Shown: piece after piece, positions 29,501 through 41,087 of the stretch
Layout: each line of letters opens with the position of its first letter
How positions within the stretch are numbered: the first letter of the stretch is position 1
Source of the DNA: Euglena gracilis
Taxonomy: Eukaryota
Reading direction: 5' to 3'
DNA: 64,000 nt
Assembly (NCBI GenBank): GCA_039621445.1
Contig: CP154954.1
Coordinates: 38,835,816 to 38,899,815 of the forward strand
Made by a program: the position numbers and the translations under genes
The notes under the pieces: generated by a model
Seen by the model: only the letters and a program-made list of their open reading frames with translations
What the model was told of the DNA's origin: nothing
Database searches by the model: none

Positions 29501-32500
29501 AAAATGACAAGAATTTTGGTCTCGGGGGAAAATTGGAGCCAAAAGATAAGGAGTTTTTCAGAATAAAAAAATTCCAGCAAAATCGCCAAAAAAATCACAA
29601 AAAAAAACCCGCAAAAATTCATAAGAACCCGCTAAATTTTTTGTTTTATACATGACGAAAAGTGCAAAAAAAACCGCAAAAAAAGAGCGCGTGTGTTCGC
29701 CCCCCCCCCCCTTCAAAGGGGCTTCCCCTGGCGGCGGGCTGCTGCCTTGGGCCTCGTCCTCCTCCTCGTGGGCTGGTGGTGGGGCCGTCCCCGCTATTGC
29801 AGCTCCGGGGCAGCCCCGGAGGGTGGCTGTGCCCGGGGCCCGACCCGCCCGGGCAACCATTTTGACTGGCTGCCCCCCCCCCCTGAGTGAGTCCACGATG
29901 ATACATGTTGTAGCCGGCCAGGCCCCGCCCAAAGCAGCCCCCAACCTTTTGCTGAAGGCTGAATGATTTTTTTTTTAAAAAGAGCAACATATCCACATAC
30001 AGATATAGATGCAGATGTAGACGTAGATGTGGATGTGGGTACAGATATATATGTAGACATAGATATGGATATGGATATGGATATGGATGTAGATAGAGAT
30101 AGAGATACAGAGATAGATCTTGATATGTGTGGATGCTCATTTCCCACCCCGATGGATTTGACCATTTTGAGGTGACCGACTTCTCAGCGGTGTGGGTCAC
30201 TAGTGAATGGTTTGTTCTCAAACGGTGTCCGGCTGAGTTTTTGAAAGTGGACCGGGGGTCAGTAAGTGATGAGAAATCAGGCTCAACGCTACCTTGCACC
30301 AAACAAACTGGAACAGTTGTCACCTCCAGGCTGAATTTTACCCAAAACCCCCTGGGTGGGCCGACCCCACCCCGGGGGGGGGGGGGGGGCTGCCTGGGCA
30401 GGCACTCCAAGGCACCCAGATCTGACCCCCCTGGGGGGGGGGGCAGGGGCACATGGCCAAGAGTGCCTGGGCACTTGGCCAAGGCACTTCCGGCGCCTAC
30501 AGCGCCGGAAGCCCAGAGTTTTTTTTGGGGCACTTTTTGGCCCACGACCAGGCAGGCACCGAGACTCCCCTCCCCCCGGATTGGTCTATTTCCACCTGGT
30601 CACCTCCCCTGTCCCAACAACAGAGGGGATTTTACGATATGGGCAAGGTTGCTGGAGAGCGGGTGGAGCGAAACAGATCCGGCGCCAATGGGGTGTGTTG
30701 CTGATCGGCCCCGGCCGGATCCCGTGCGACCCGGAGGGGGAGTGCCAGCTCGGCCTCCTGGCGTGCAAGCCGCGCAGCAAGCGCATCGGCGACCGCTGCG
30801 TCCCCTGCGTGGTGGCCAGGGCCCCGGACCGTTCCCACCCTCAAAACAAGCCCCGTCCCCAAACCTTGAGACAACGCAGCAGTTTTCGATGCAGTGTCCT
30901 GAGCAGCCTCCCCCCCTTCCTGTACCCCGCCCAGCCCGGCCGAACCCCCAGACCTGCATAGATACTGCATTGATATCCCGCGTCCCGGGGCCCAAGCTTT
31001 GAAAAATCCCCGGTTTATAAAACCCCCCAAATAACTTTGCATTGCCCTGAAGCATTGCATGCCCAAAGAATTCTGCAGGGGAGAAGGCCGAAGACAATAC
31101 TTTGCCACCCCCCCTTCACAAGGACAACATGCAAACTGATGCATCTTTCAAAAAAATCAGGAGATGGTAAGCCCAGAAAAAAAAACAACCTGAAATACCA
31201 CAACGTTTTGCTGTCGGATGAATTGAAGCATTGAATCATATGAGAATTGTTGGTAGAAAAAACAACCCGCCTTTTTCCGACCAGCAGCAAACAGCAGCCT
31301 TTTCTCAACCAGCCTGTTTCCAGCCCCGGACCCTCCCCCCCCATCGATAATATTTATTTTCCGCTGCTCTGCAATAAATGGGCTGGAAATGGGCAGAAAT
31401 GGGTGGGGAAAGGGCTGGGCAGTTCAAGGGCTGGCCAGTTCTTTTTCATAATTAGCAGCGGTGGAGTTTTTTTCCTTCAATTTCAATTTTTTTTGGCCCC
31501 ATTTGGGTCCAGCACCAGCTGGGGGACCCTATGGGGGGATCAGCCAGCAGCCTTTTTCCGGCCAGCCTAGATTTTCCAGCCTTCTGAGCTGGACCCCCCC
31601 CCGAGGTTGTTGAGCGACACCTTGGTCAGGCAAGGCACCCCACCTTACCTGACACCTTACGAGGGGGGATTTTCTTCCCCCTGACCCCCCCCCGCCTGGG
31701 GGGACCCCCCCTCCCCCTCCTTTGGTTATAACAAAATCTGTGGTTTACACCTCTAGTGGGACAAAAAAATACATTTTTTGGACACAATAGCCTTGGGCTA
31801 GTTACAGACTATTACCTCAAAACACATTAAAACCGCCACAAAAAATCACCCCCCCCCCCAGCCCTCCACCCCACTGGATCCCAAAACCCCGAGGGTTCGA
31901 GGGTTGTGCGTGCGGGTTCCGCACATTCCCATGAAAATGCCGAATTTTTTCCCTTCTGACAGCAACACCATCCCGTGTTTACTGTGTACGGTTTGGCCCA
32001 TTTTCCCCTTTTGGCCCGGCCTCCCTCCGCTTCAGCCCCGCTCCCCGGCACATGGGCTGGGGCGGGGCGGGGCCGTCCCACGCATTTGCCGGACCCACGC
32101 CATTTGGATCCTCTCCCTCCCCTGGCCCCAGGCCCTCGGGGCAGGGCTGGATGGGGATACCGGTGGCCGCGTGGGGGATGGGTGGTGGGGCCCCCCCTGA
32201 CGGTCCCATTTCTTCCCGGCAAGTACTACCGGGTCGGTCGGGCGGCGCCGTCAACGCCCGCCGCGGCTTCTGTGGGGGCTCCTCCGTCGCCAGGGGCGGG
32301 CCGGGCCCCGTGGCCGGGGCCCTGGGGCCGTTCCAAGACAAGCTCCCCTGCCTGCCCGACGCGGCCCTCGCGGAGGACAGTGAGCTGGCGATGGAGGGGC
32401 AGGGCCGGGCGGGGCAGGCACAGGGTCCCCTCCTCCGCGTTTGGATCGGCGGGTCAACTCACACCCACCGTTTCCCGCGTTGCTGCCGAACTGCTCGGAG

Positions 32501-35500
32501 CAGTCCCCACGACGGCACGGCCACCGCCCCCCCCCCCCCCGCCGGCCCTGGCGGCAGCGTGCTGGCCCACCTGGTGGACAACGCGTGCGGGCAGCTGGCG
32601 CGGGGGGCGCCGCTGGCCCGGGCCGCCCTGCCGAGCCAGTTCCTGAAGACGGCGGCCCGGCAGGCCACGGGGCTGAGCGGCGACCGGTTTGAGGAGGTGT
32701 GTCCTCGGGGACGTAGATGGCCACCGTTTGCGCCTCGGGGGGCTATTGCACTCCGAATTTGCATTTGTTTGTGTTGTTGAAGCTCACAGGTCATTATGTG
32801 TTTTTGCAACGTTCCTAATTGGTTGTCTGATGGTAGACTTTGCATGCTTGAAATCGCTGCAACCTTTTGGTTTATTCTGTTGGCATTGACCTTATTTTCT
32901 GGCACCATAACCAGCATCCTGTTTGATTCTCCATCTGACAATTTTGTGTCTCTTGACTGGCAAACCCAAGAGGTTTCACTGTCTGTGGGGGTGTGTGGGG
33001 GACAGGGATTTTTTTTAGTCGTGGACCCCGGGGGGGGGGAAGTTAGGTGGGACCGTCTGAGCCCCCCCCCCCCCCCCCGGGGGTCCCCCCGGAGGGGGGG
33101 TGGGATATATTTTTCTGGCCGAAATTTTTTGAAAAGGCGCTATTTTTAGCACTTTTCGCGATTTTTTGTGGGCCCCCGGGACCCCCCGGGGGGCCCAGGG
33201 GGGTGGGTGGGTGGGAGGGGCCCTCCCCCCCAGTCTTAAAAAAAACCCCTGGTGGGGGTGGTCTCCTTCTGGTTTTGACAACACAAACCAGGGTACCAAG
33301 TGGGCAGTTCCTGTGGCATTTTCCAATTTCTTGGTTGCCCCACTTTCTTGGTACTCCCTCAGGATTTCTGAAGCCAGGCCGATTTCCTGAGCTGACTTTT
33401 GTTGCTGTCTTCTTGACAGAAACTGGGGTAAGGGGTGGTCTGGCTGAACCCCATTTTGAATCAGGGACACCACTCACTGGGTGGCATTTTCCTGCCACCA
33501 TGGCAGACATTTCCTCAATCTCTGCAACAATGGCACTCCCTGCCATGCTAGTTCTCTGAATCCCAGCCCCTGAATGATGCCTTTCTCCCACTGCTCTGGT
33601 GAGGGCCATGCCACTCCTTCCAGAAGCCCTTGCCAGTCTGGAGATGACATCCGGGCAGCGGTCAGCTGGGGACTTACCCTTTCCCCTTGGCTCAGCTGGG
33701 GGCTCTCCTGGCTTGCCCTTCCTGGGCAGAGGGGGCCTGCTGGCCCTGATTCCTTCTGGGCTTGGCTTTGCTGGGTTCTCCCCCTCCTGGGGCCTTTGAT
33801 GCTTCAGGCCTTCCCCTTGCCTTTCCTCAGGACATGAGGGGGAAATGACCTGGAATTACACCAGAGTTGCTCACCCGGCCTGGTGGAGCAACACAAGAGC
33901 ACTGGTGTAAGGGGCACCTGGCCACTCACCACACAGCAAACTGGGCCACAGAAGTGAAGCTAGCGCTGGCCCTAAACAGACAACAGGCCTTAGTGCAAAC
34001 TAAGGGGGGGCACATGGCCAAAGTGCCTGGGCACTTGGCCAAGGAGCCAGAAGCCCAGAAAAGGCCACTTTTGGGCTGGGATCCCCCTCCTCCCCTCCGG
34101 GGTTGTAATTTCGGCCTGTTCCATGTGCCTCCATTTCAAACACCTTCATCGTTCCCCATGGCTGCTTACAAAACATTTTTTTCCTGCTCAGCGTAAGCAT
34201 GGGCAGCTGCAAAACGGTGGCATCGTTTGGATGTGTCACCATGGGGTTCCAATCATGGCAGGCCTCACGGTTTCCTGGGGCATTCTCTGGCCGCCGCAGG
34301 TGTGGACGTTCACGCTGACGTCGCTGCGCCAGCAGGCTGTGTCGTGGAGCGGCGTGGCGGTGCCCCACCCGGAGGACAACAACTGGCTGCTCTGCTCGGT
34401 CCCCGGGGGCAACCCCAAAATATGCCAGTGCCTGACGTTCAAAAGCGAAACCGTACATTGGGTCCAGGTTTTGTTCCACACCAAGTCCACCATTGGCAAG
34501 CGGTCTTCGAGATGTGTGGGCCGGACGGAACGACCCCACCTGGGCTTTGTGGGAGCATTGCAATTTTTGGGGGAAAGAACAACTGTCGAAATGCCGTGTT
34601 TGCCGTCCATCCGGCGACCGCCTCCGGCGCATGCCCCTCTCCGCCCCCTTCCCGTGCGTGGTGGCGTGGCTCCGGGGGCCAGGGGACGCCGGCGCTGTTT
34701 CGGACCTGAGAAGCCCCCACCCAACTGGCCGCCCCCCGGTGCTCTGGGCAGGCCGGGGGGGGGGTGGAAGTACAAGGTTCGATAGGCAGAAGATGCCTGG
34801 GGTCCGGGGTCTGGCGTTAGGTGAGGGGTTGTTGCCTTGAATTCCCCCCCCTTGTACAAGGCACACCGCGCTTTCGGTACACACCCCGTGTCAACGGCAC
34901 ATCCCTGGAGCACTGCTGTGTCTATTGTGAGGAGGGGGAAAGGCAGACGGCGGCAGCGGGGGGGGGTTGGTCTTGGGGGACACCCCCCCTGAACAATGGC
35001 ATGGCCAAATTGATCTATTTGGCATACAGTGCCAGGCAGAAAGGTTTCGACCCTAAACTCAGCCAAAACTGCGACACTTTTTTTGTGAAGAATTTTGACA
35101 GAATCCTGAAGATTTTCTGCCAAAGCATCCATCAAAATGTCGAAAATGGCAATATTTTTTCAGAAATTTTTGTTTTTCATCGACCCAGCCCAGCCCAGCC
35201 CAGCCCAGCCCAGCCCAGCCCCCTCCAGCCCCGGACCCCCCCCCCCCTATACCCCTGGGGGGTCCAGCCAGCAGCCTTTTTGCCAGCCGGAGGCTGCCCC
35301 CCCCCCCACGGGCTTTTAAGAAAACCCCTGGCGGCCATTTTTGAAATGAATTTTTCTGGGTGGTCCCCAGCTGGGTGGGCCCCAAGACCGATGATACCCG
35401 GAACCCCACAAGGGGGTGCCTGGCACTGGGCTGGCACCCACACCTCCCAGCCCCACTCCCAGGGGTTTCGAAAGAAGCCTGCCCGGCAACGGCCTACTCT

Positions 35501-37541
35501 TTGCCCCCCGGTGGACCACGCTGTGGCTATGACGCTCCCCAGAGATACCTTGGTTGCATTTGTGCAGAGGAAGCAGCAGGGCGATGGGGGGGGACCCCTC
35601 CCCCCCAGCCGGCCGGGCCGGCGGCGTCCCCTGGGGCGGACTGGCCCGGCAGGCGGTGTGGCCGGTGGTGGGCGTCTTGCTGGCGGTGCCGCTGCTGTTG
35701 AGGCTGTGGCGGTGGTTTGGGAGGTGTGGCCCCGGGCGCTGTTGCGGGGGCGGGGGGGGGGGGCACCGTTTCCCTGGGGCTGGGGTGTGGCACAGTCCAC
35801 TGTGGGGGCTTCATTCACAAGAAATCAATCGCCCTCCTGGCCACCCTGATTTCAAGTTCCGGCTTTCGCCAGTGAGGCTGATACACATTGGCTTGTGCGA
35901 AATCGCATGGATTATTGGTTGACGTCGCATGCAATCGTGAATTTTCAAGGCGTGTTCGGATCTGACGAATTTTGGAGGAAATGATTGAAGGATTGCATGC
36001 GGGTGAGTATTGCACGAGGCTCTGGAATTTGCGCCTCAGTGCTGCAAATAGTCAACAGGGGCCACAACGTCACCCCTTGCGGAGGAGTGCGCCTCCTGTG
36101 TGCCCCTCTTGTGCCCCTCTTTGCCCTGATGGAGAAGGGTTGTTCCCTGACCCACCTCCTGCCCCCCCCCCAGGTACCGCAGGGCGGTGCAGCAGACTCG
36201 ATTCCTACCGCAGGCCTTTGCTGGCAAGAGGCGAGTTGCGAATGATATGTCGGCAAGTGGCGCAGATGCCCGCGCCAGCTATGGCGTGGGGGGGAGGGAA
36301 AGAAGAAGGATCACGAGGAAGGAAAGATGCAGAAATGGAGCGAAGAAACGTCCTCGGCGCCTAAATCCCCCACGACAATGGCTGGTGCGTGTCTGTTGAG
36401 TGATTTCGTAAACAAAGGTTCCTGCGCCAGGGCATCCAGTCTGGTCAGTCACCTTGTACACAAACCCATCAAAGGTCTGCTTCGAATTGAAGTGGTGCTC
36501 AACTCCCTCGAGAGCTTGGCTGGTCAGCCGTTCGCTGTCAGTGGCGTGCAGCGGACGCTGGAGGAGGAGTATGGAGCGCAGGTGTGCTCCAGTGTGCTTC
36601 TGCCCGCAACATCAAGGTTTGAACAACGGCAACAAGTTGAATGTGCTGCTGATGTTTGGGTTTCGCTAGGATTCAGAAAGTTATTTCTTTGGGGTGGGTT
36701 TTGTCATATCCGGGGAAGGGGCCCAAAAGATGGACACTTAGCATTTGAAGTTTTGGGGTGGTTTGACTGAATTTCAACAGATTCTCAGACGCATTTTATC
36801 ACCTCATCCTTTTTTTATGGTGTACCTTCCATAACGGACAACTCATTATCCTTCCTATCACCTCCAGTGGGATCTTTTTTTTTTGGACGGGGACGTTGCC
36901 TCGTATCCGTTTTTGAGGTTCAGTGTTTCCCTCCGCACCCGTTGAGTGTCGGCTTTGCTCCCATTGTGGGGGGGGGGGGCACAGGAGGCTCCTGTGGGCC
37001 TCCAGGAAGCTCCTCACCTCACGGTCCTCAGGTGGAGGTGGCCACCCTGTGGCCCGACGTGTGCCGGGCTGTGGAGACGGACACGCACGTGACAGTCCAG
37101 AACCAGCCCCGGGCCGTTCAGTTTCGATCCGGATTGAACGGCCAAAAGCAACCCAGCAACGACCCACAACGAAATTCACACTTGGGAGGACCCCGGCCTC
37201 GGCAGGTTGGTTGAAGGTTGGAGGCGGAACGGTTGCTGTAATCCCCCCCAAATTCCAGGGTGGGCCAAAAGATCTAGGTGTTTGCAGTGAGGGGTTGCTT
37301 GAATTTTGGGGGTTTTTTGCGCATTGCATCGAACCTTGTTCAAAGGAAAGTGGAGGTCTGATGGGAATGTGGTGCCAAAGAATTTTTACGTATGGATTTT
37401 TACAAACTTTTCTGTTCGGATTTAACCAATTCTTTTTTTATTTTTTTGAATGTATTTCCACTCAATAAGCGATGAAATTTTCATTCAAATATTGCTGTTG
37501 GAACGACCAAAGCTCCAAACTAAAGCAAACCATGGACAACA

Positions 37542-37602
<61 letters not shown>

Positions 37603-37796
37603 CACATCTATCCATCCATCCATCCATCCATCCATCCATCCATCCATCCATCCATCCATCCATCCATCCATCCATCCATCCATCCATCCATCCATCCATC
37701 CATCCATCCATCCATCCATCCATCCATCCATCCATCCATCCATCCATCCATCCATCCATCCATCCATCCATCCATCCATCCATCCATCCATCCATC

Positions 37797-37827
<31 letters not shown>

Positions 37828-38439
37828 TCTTGGGTTGTTATATACAGCAAATATACAGCAAAGCCAAATGTCAGCAGCAGGGTTACGGTAGGAGTTGGCT
37901 CCGTAGGAGGAGGCTCTCGAGCCTCCTCGAACGTGCTCGAAAACACACACAGAGCACTGGGGCTTGTGCTTGATATGGATCAGCCATGCTGGGAACACAG
38001 ATTCACTCAAAGTGTACTGACCTCTCCCCTGGCGGGTTTTGAGAGTGGGCGGGTGGTTGGGGCCGCTACCCCCCACCAGGTGTTGGGGTGACATGGGTTA
38101 GTCCGCTGCGGCTGAAGGCTGGGCAGAAAATCCAGCTTGATTTTTTCTATGCCCTTTTGGCCGATTTTGGGTGGGGTTTGGATAGGTGGTGAGTGGGTGT
38201 TGGATTTTCCAAAGGACCCCCCTTGGGTTTTTTCCCAGTTCACGGTGGATGGGTGGACCCCCCCCCTCTGGGGTTGTGCATGGGGTTGTTGTTTTTTTAA
38301 GAGAAAAAAAGTGGGTGGGGGAGTTTGGGAAGAAGCCCCCCCCCCCCCGCCGCCCCAGGGGATGAACGGAAGATGCACGCTGGAAATTGTGCTAAAGGGC
38401 ATCACAAGTGTCTTCTTTGACGCCAAACGCCGGCCATGG
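23543..38439 (+). CDS. MAN1/Src1/Heh1-like inner nuclear membrane protein (MSC domain, two TM helices); multi-exon, terminal exon uncertain
   Basis: Exons: 23543-23724 (acidic N-terminus, SPKRYRR), 24180 to about 24355, 26171 to about 26304/26354, microexon about 26490-26506, 29719-29830 (TM1 [26 protein letters not shown]), 30719 to about 30810 ([29 protein letters not shown], the Cys-rich lumenal MSC pattern), microexon near 32224, 32294-32396, 32556-32696, 34300-34393, 34626-34676 ([10 protein letters not shown]), 35639-35723 (TM2 [21 protein letters not shown]), 36174-36206, 36485-36581, 37032-37110 ([15 protein letters not shown]), 38375-38439. Family assigned by motif recognition only; no search was run. 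Confidence 0.75.
24976..25075. repeat. (CCAT)n microsatellite
   Basis: Seen directly in the sequence. Confidence 0.95.
28377..28728. mobile_element. hAT-like MITE (CAGGGTTYGAT family) with perfect 8-bp TSD
   Basis: ATTGCACC at 28369-28376 and 28729-28736. TIRs CAGGGTTTGATATGAGGA / TCCTTACATCAAACCCTG match at 16/18. Confidence 0.92.
29831..30718 (+). other. Nonconventional intron (MSC gene)
   Basis: There is no AG before the downstream exon. The 5' end gccCGGGGCCcga pairs with the 3' end tcGGCCCCGgccgg (CGG at +4..6, CCG at -8..-6). Splicing gives [12 protein letters not shown] and restores the CxPC motif. Confidence 0.8.
30327..30598. mobile_element. hAT-like MITE nested in a nonconventional intron, perfect 8-bp TSD
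   Basis: GTCACCTC at 30319-30326 and 30599-30606; ends CAGGCTGAATT / ATTTCCACCTG. Confidence 0.85.
32397..32555 (+). other. Nonconventional intron, 159 nt, in frame
   Basis: gggCAGGGCCGGgCGGGG pairs with CCCCGCCGGCCCTGgcggc, with R start, Y end and R at the next exon start. Joins ELAME|SVLAHL. Confidence 0.8.
33003..33251. mobile_element. hAT-like MITE (CAGGGATTTTTT family), free copy inside a GT-AG intron
   Basis: TIRs CAGGGATTTTTTTTAG / CTTAAAAAAAACCCCTG; flanks GTGGGGGA and GTGGGGGT (7/8). Internally similar to the intron-forming copy at 55707-55972. Confidence 0.85.
34394..34625 (+). other. Nonconventional intron (MSC gene)
   Basis: gctCGGTCcCCGG..GGCAAC pairs with GTTTGCC..CCGGcGACCGcctcc. 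The phase-1 join gives [16 protein letters not shown]. The duplicate copy has a 1-nt indel inside this interval. Confidence 0.75.
34677..35638 (+). other. Nonconventional intron (MSC gene)
   Basis: ggcCAGGGGACGCCG pairs with CGGCGTCCCCTGgggcg (12 bp here, 14 bp in the duplicate copy). The phase-1 join gives [13 protein letters not shown]. Confidence 0.85.
36207..36484 (+). other. Nonconventional intron (junction ambiguous by 1 nt)
   Basis: GCAGGCCTTTGcTGG pairs with CCAtCAAAGGTCTGC. The join gives [17 protein letters not shown]. Confidence 0.8.
37544..37826. repeat. (CA)n-(TA)n-(CCAT)n-(TA)n compound microsatellite
   Basis: Seen directly; second copy at about 44270-44564. Confidence 0.95.
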
Positions 38440-38674
38440 GTCCATGGCCGGCGTAGCCATGGGGTCTCTCAGTGCCCTGGGGCTGCCCTCACCACGCCGG
38501 ATGGGCCGGCTTGGGCCTGGGCAGCGCCGGAAGGCAGCGTTGAGGGGTAGCGGAGGCAGGCAGGTAGGCCATGCTGCGCACTCAGCTTGCCACAACCCTC
38601 TCCCTCCCCCTCCCCCTCCCACGGTGGAGGGCGTCTTTTTGGTGGACCGACGCTTCCAACCGGAGGGGGGGGGG

Positions 38675-38804
38675 CAGGGTTCGATATAAGGAGGGCGTAT
38701 ATGGTTTAGGTGGGGGGGTGTCCCCCCCCCACCCCCCCCCCCCTCCTGGCCCGCAGGGGGGGGTCCGGACCACCCCCCCCCACCTGTCCTTATATCGAAC
38801 CCTG
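38675..38804. mobile_element. 130-bp hAT-like MITE with perfect 18-bp TIRs
   Basis: CAGGGTTCGATATAAGGA / TCCTTATATCGAACCCTG, flanked by G8 on both sides. Same family as 28377-28728; duplicate copy at 45404-45532. Confidence 0.9.
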
Positions 38805-41073
38805 GGGGGGGGCACTTTGTTTGAACTGCAGTGTACATTGCATGCCTTTCCCTCATCCAACACAATAGATCTGCTTTGTTTGGAGGAAAGGTCAAAGAGC
38901 TTTGTTTGACATGGAATGTTTGCCACTGGGATTCACCTCTCTTGGTTTGTCGGTGGGGGGGGGGCGATGTCATCGTTGGACGTACGCTCCGTGGAAGGGG
39001 GGTGCCCTTTTAGCTACCTGCTCGTGTACATTTTTGGACCCCACTCTGCTATTTTGGGGGTGCATTGATCGAATCAAATTGCTGAAAGCAGCTCGTCTCT
39101 GCAACGTCCAACCCTTCAATTTCTGTCTCCATCTCCCGCTGTGTTCCCCGCTGTTCTTCCTTCAACTACCCTGGCGCCAACGCCATCATCTGACCACCCC
39201 AGCCATACCCCCACCCTCTTGCTCACGCACATGCATTTGTGTCTGACCCCCCTCCCCCCACCCCCTCAGGTGAGTGCCGTCGCCCATCAAACAGGATCGA
39301 CAGGAGCGTTCCGTAAGTCCGCAGCGCTCTGCATTTTTGGCAGCTCGCGGCCTGTGCCGCTCCATTGTGCTGCCCTGCTCTGCCTGCCCTGCTCTGCCTG
39401 CACATGCAGTTGTCTCGTGGCCCAGTACACTCTGTTACCCTCTCCCGGCCCTCTGCCCTCTCCCGTGGCACAACCCCTTATTTGCTGCTGCCCGTCTTCT
39501 CCCCGTGACCACTGGCAGCACGCACCCCGGGCGAATCGTCTGTACAGTAAAGTGTCTCGGGCCTGCTGGAGCGGAGTGACTCCTTTCCACAGCGCTGGAT
39601 ACGGCTCCGCAACCTTCTTTCCCCATGTAATTTCCGATTCTCATCCGTCTTGTACAATTTTTAAATACATGTTTTTGTGTGGCAGTTTTAAACCTTCCCA
39701 AATTTTCAAGCTTCATGATTATCGCCCGTCTGTTTGTGATTCACTTCAAAATTCAGATTCCACCCGAACACTGATAAACACGTCCGTTGGTTCAGCAGGA
39801 TTTCAATCATCAGTCGAAATGTCAAAGGTTCCTGGCAAAACAAATTGATTAAAACCAATTGTGCTCGATGGCAAAGACTCACTTTTGACCTCTTTGAGCA
39901 AAGACCTCTTTTGAGCCCACGAAAGCACCCCTCGTCGCTCACAAGTTTTGTATCCTTCAAGGGTTTAGGTGGCCAGCAATACATAGCCAGCGGTGCTCAT
40001 ATCATGCTTTTTAAATGCCCTCGGCAATTTATGCTTTGATGTTCAAAACCTTCATTTCCTTGAGAAACACACGTCAAGTTCAATTAAAGTTTGCACCTCT
40101 CTGCAAATGCAAATGAACGCTGCTTCGTTTTGCAGGAGGGCATGCTTTTCTCTTCATTTTAATGTGCCAAAAGACATTGAAGTGCCAGTTCTATTGCGAA
40201 CAAAATGGCAAGCAAAAAAATGACAGACAATCCTTTGGATTTAAAAAAAAATGCAGCTGGTAAAGTAGCCGATTGCTTATTTGGCAGCAATTGACAATGA
40301 AAGACTTCTTTTTCCTTGGCACATTTCATTTCCTTGAACACACAATCCCTCAACCCCCCAAATAAACCCGCCCCCCCCCCCCCCAAATTACCTGGCGGGG
40401 GCTGGATAATCTGGTGGAGGGAGGGGCAAAAAATATTCTTCTAGTAACTTGGCACTCCCCTTTTTCAGGCAAAGTTCCTTTACGACGCTGAAAAAAAAGG
40501 GCCCAAAAAACCTGGCAGGGGGGGGCAGGGTCAAAAGTTGGTTCCAATAACTGGCACCCCGCCAGGTTGTTTGGGGGGAGGGGTTTAATGCCCCACCCCA
40601 AAAAATTAAGACCCCCCGGCAGTGCAAAGCGCCGGGGAGGGTGAAACTTTTCCTGCAAATTACCAAAAACCCCAATTTCATTAACAACAAGTGTTGAAAT
40701 TCAAAATTTTTAGATGTTTGAAGTGCAAAAAAATAGTAAATTTGAACTTGCACTAATTTACATACATGTGGGGCGAAGCGCCAAAGGAAAAACTTTGGTG
40801 TTTTTGGGAACCTGAAAATTGACGTCTTTTCCGGGCCCGGGTCAGTGGAGAAAAAATCCAAAAATAGGACCGGACCCCCCCCCCCCAACTGCGGCGTTGC
40901 CGTCCAGTGTCGCCTGACTGAGGCTGCAACTGCCCTCCGGACGCCTGGGGCCGGCCTCAGTTGTCTGACCGGTTGGACCAACCCGGCTGCCGCACCGGAA
41001 GCCCTCCGCCTGCCCCTTCAGCTCCGGCTCCCCTTATGCCACGAGGCAGCCCAGCGTGACCTCCGGCGGTGGG

Positions 41074-41086
41074 NNNNNNNNNNNNN
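41074..41086. other. Assembly gap (13 N)
   Basis: The N run separates two near-identical ~7 kb blocks. Confidence 0.99.
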
Positions 41087-41087
41087 A

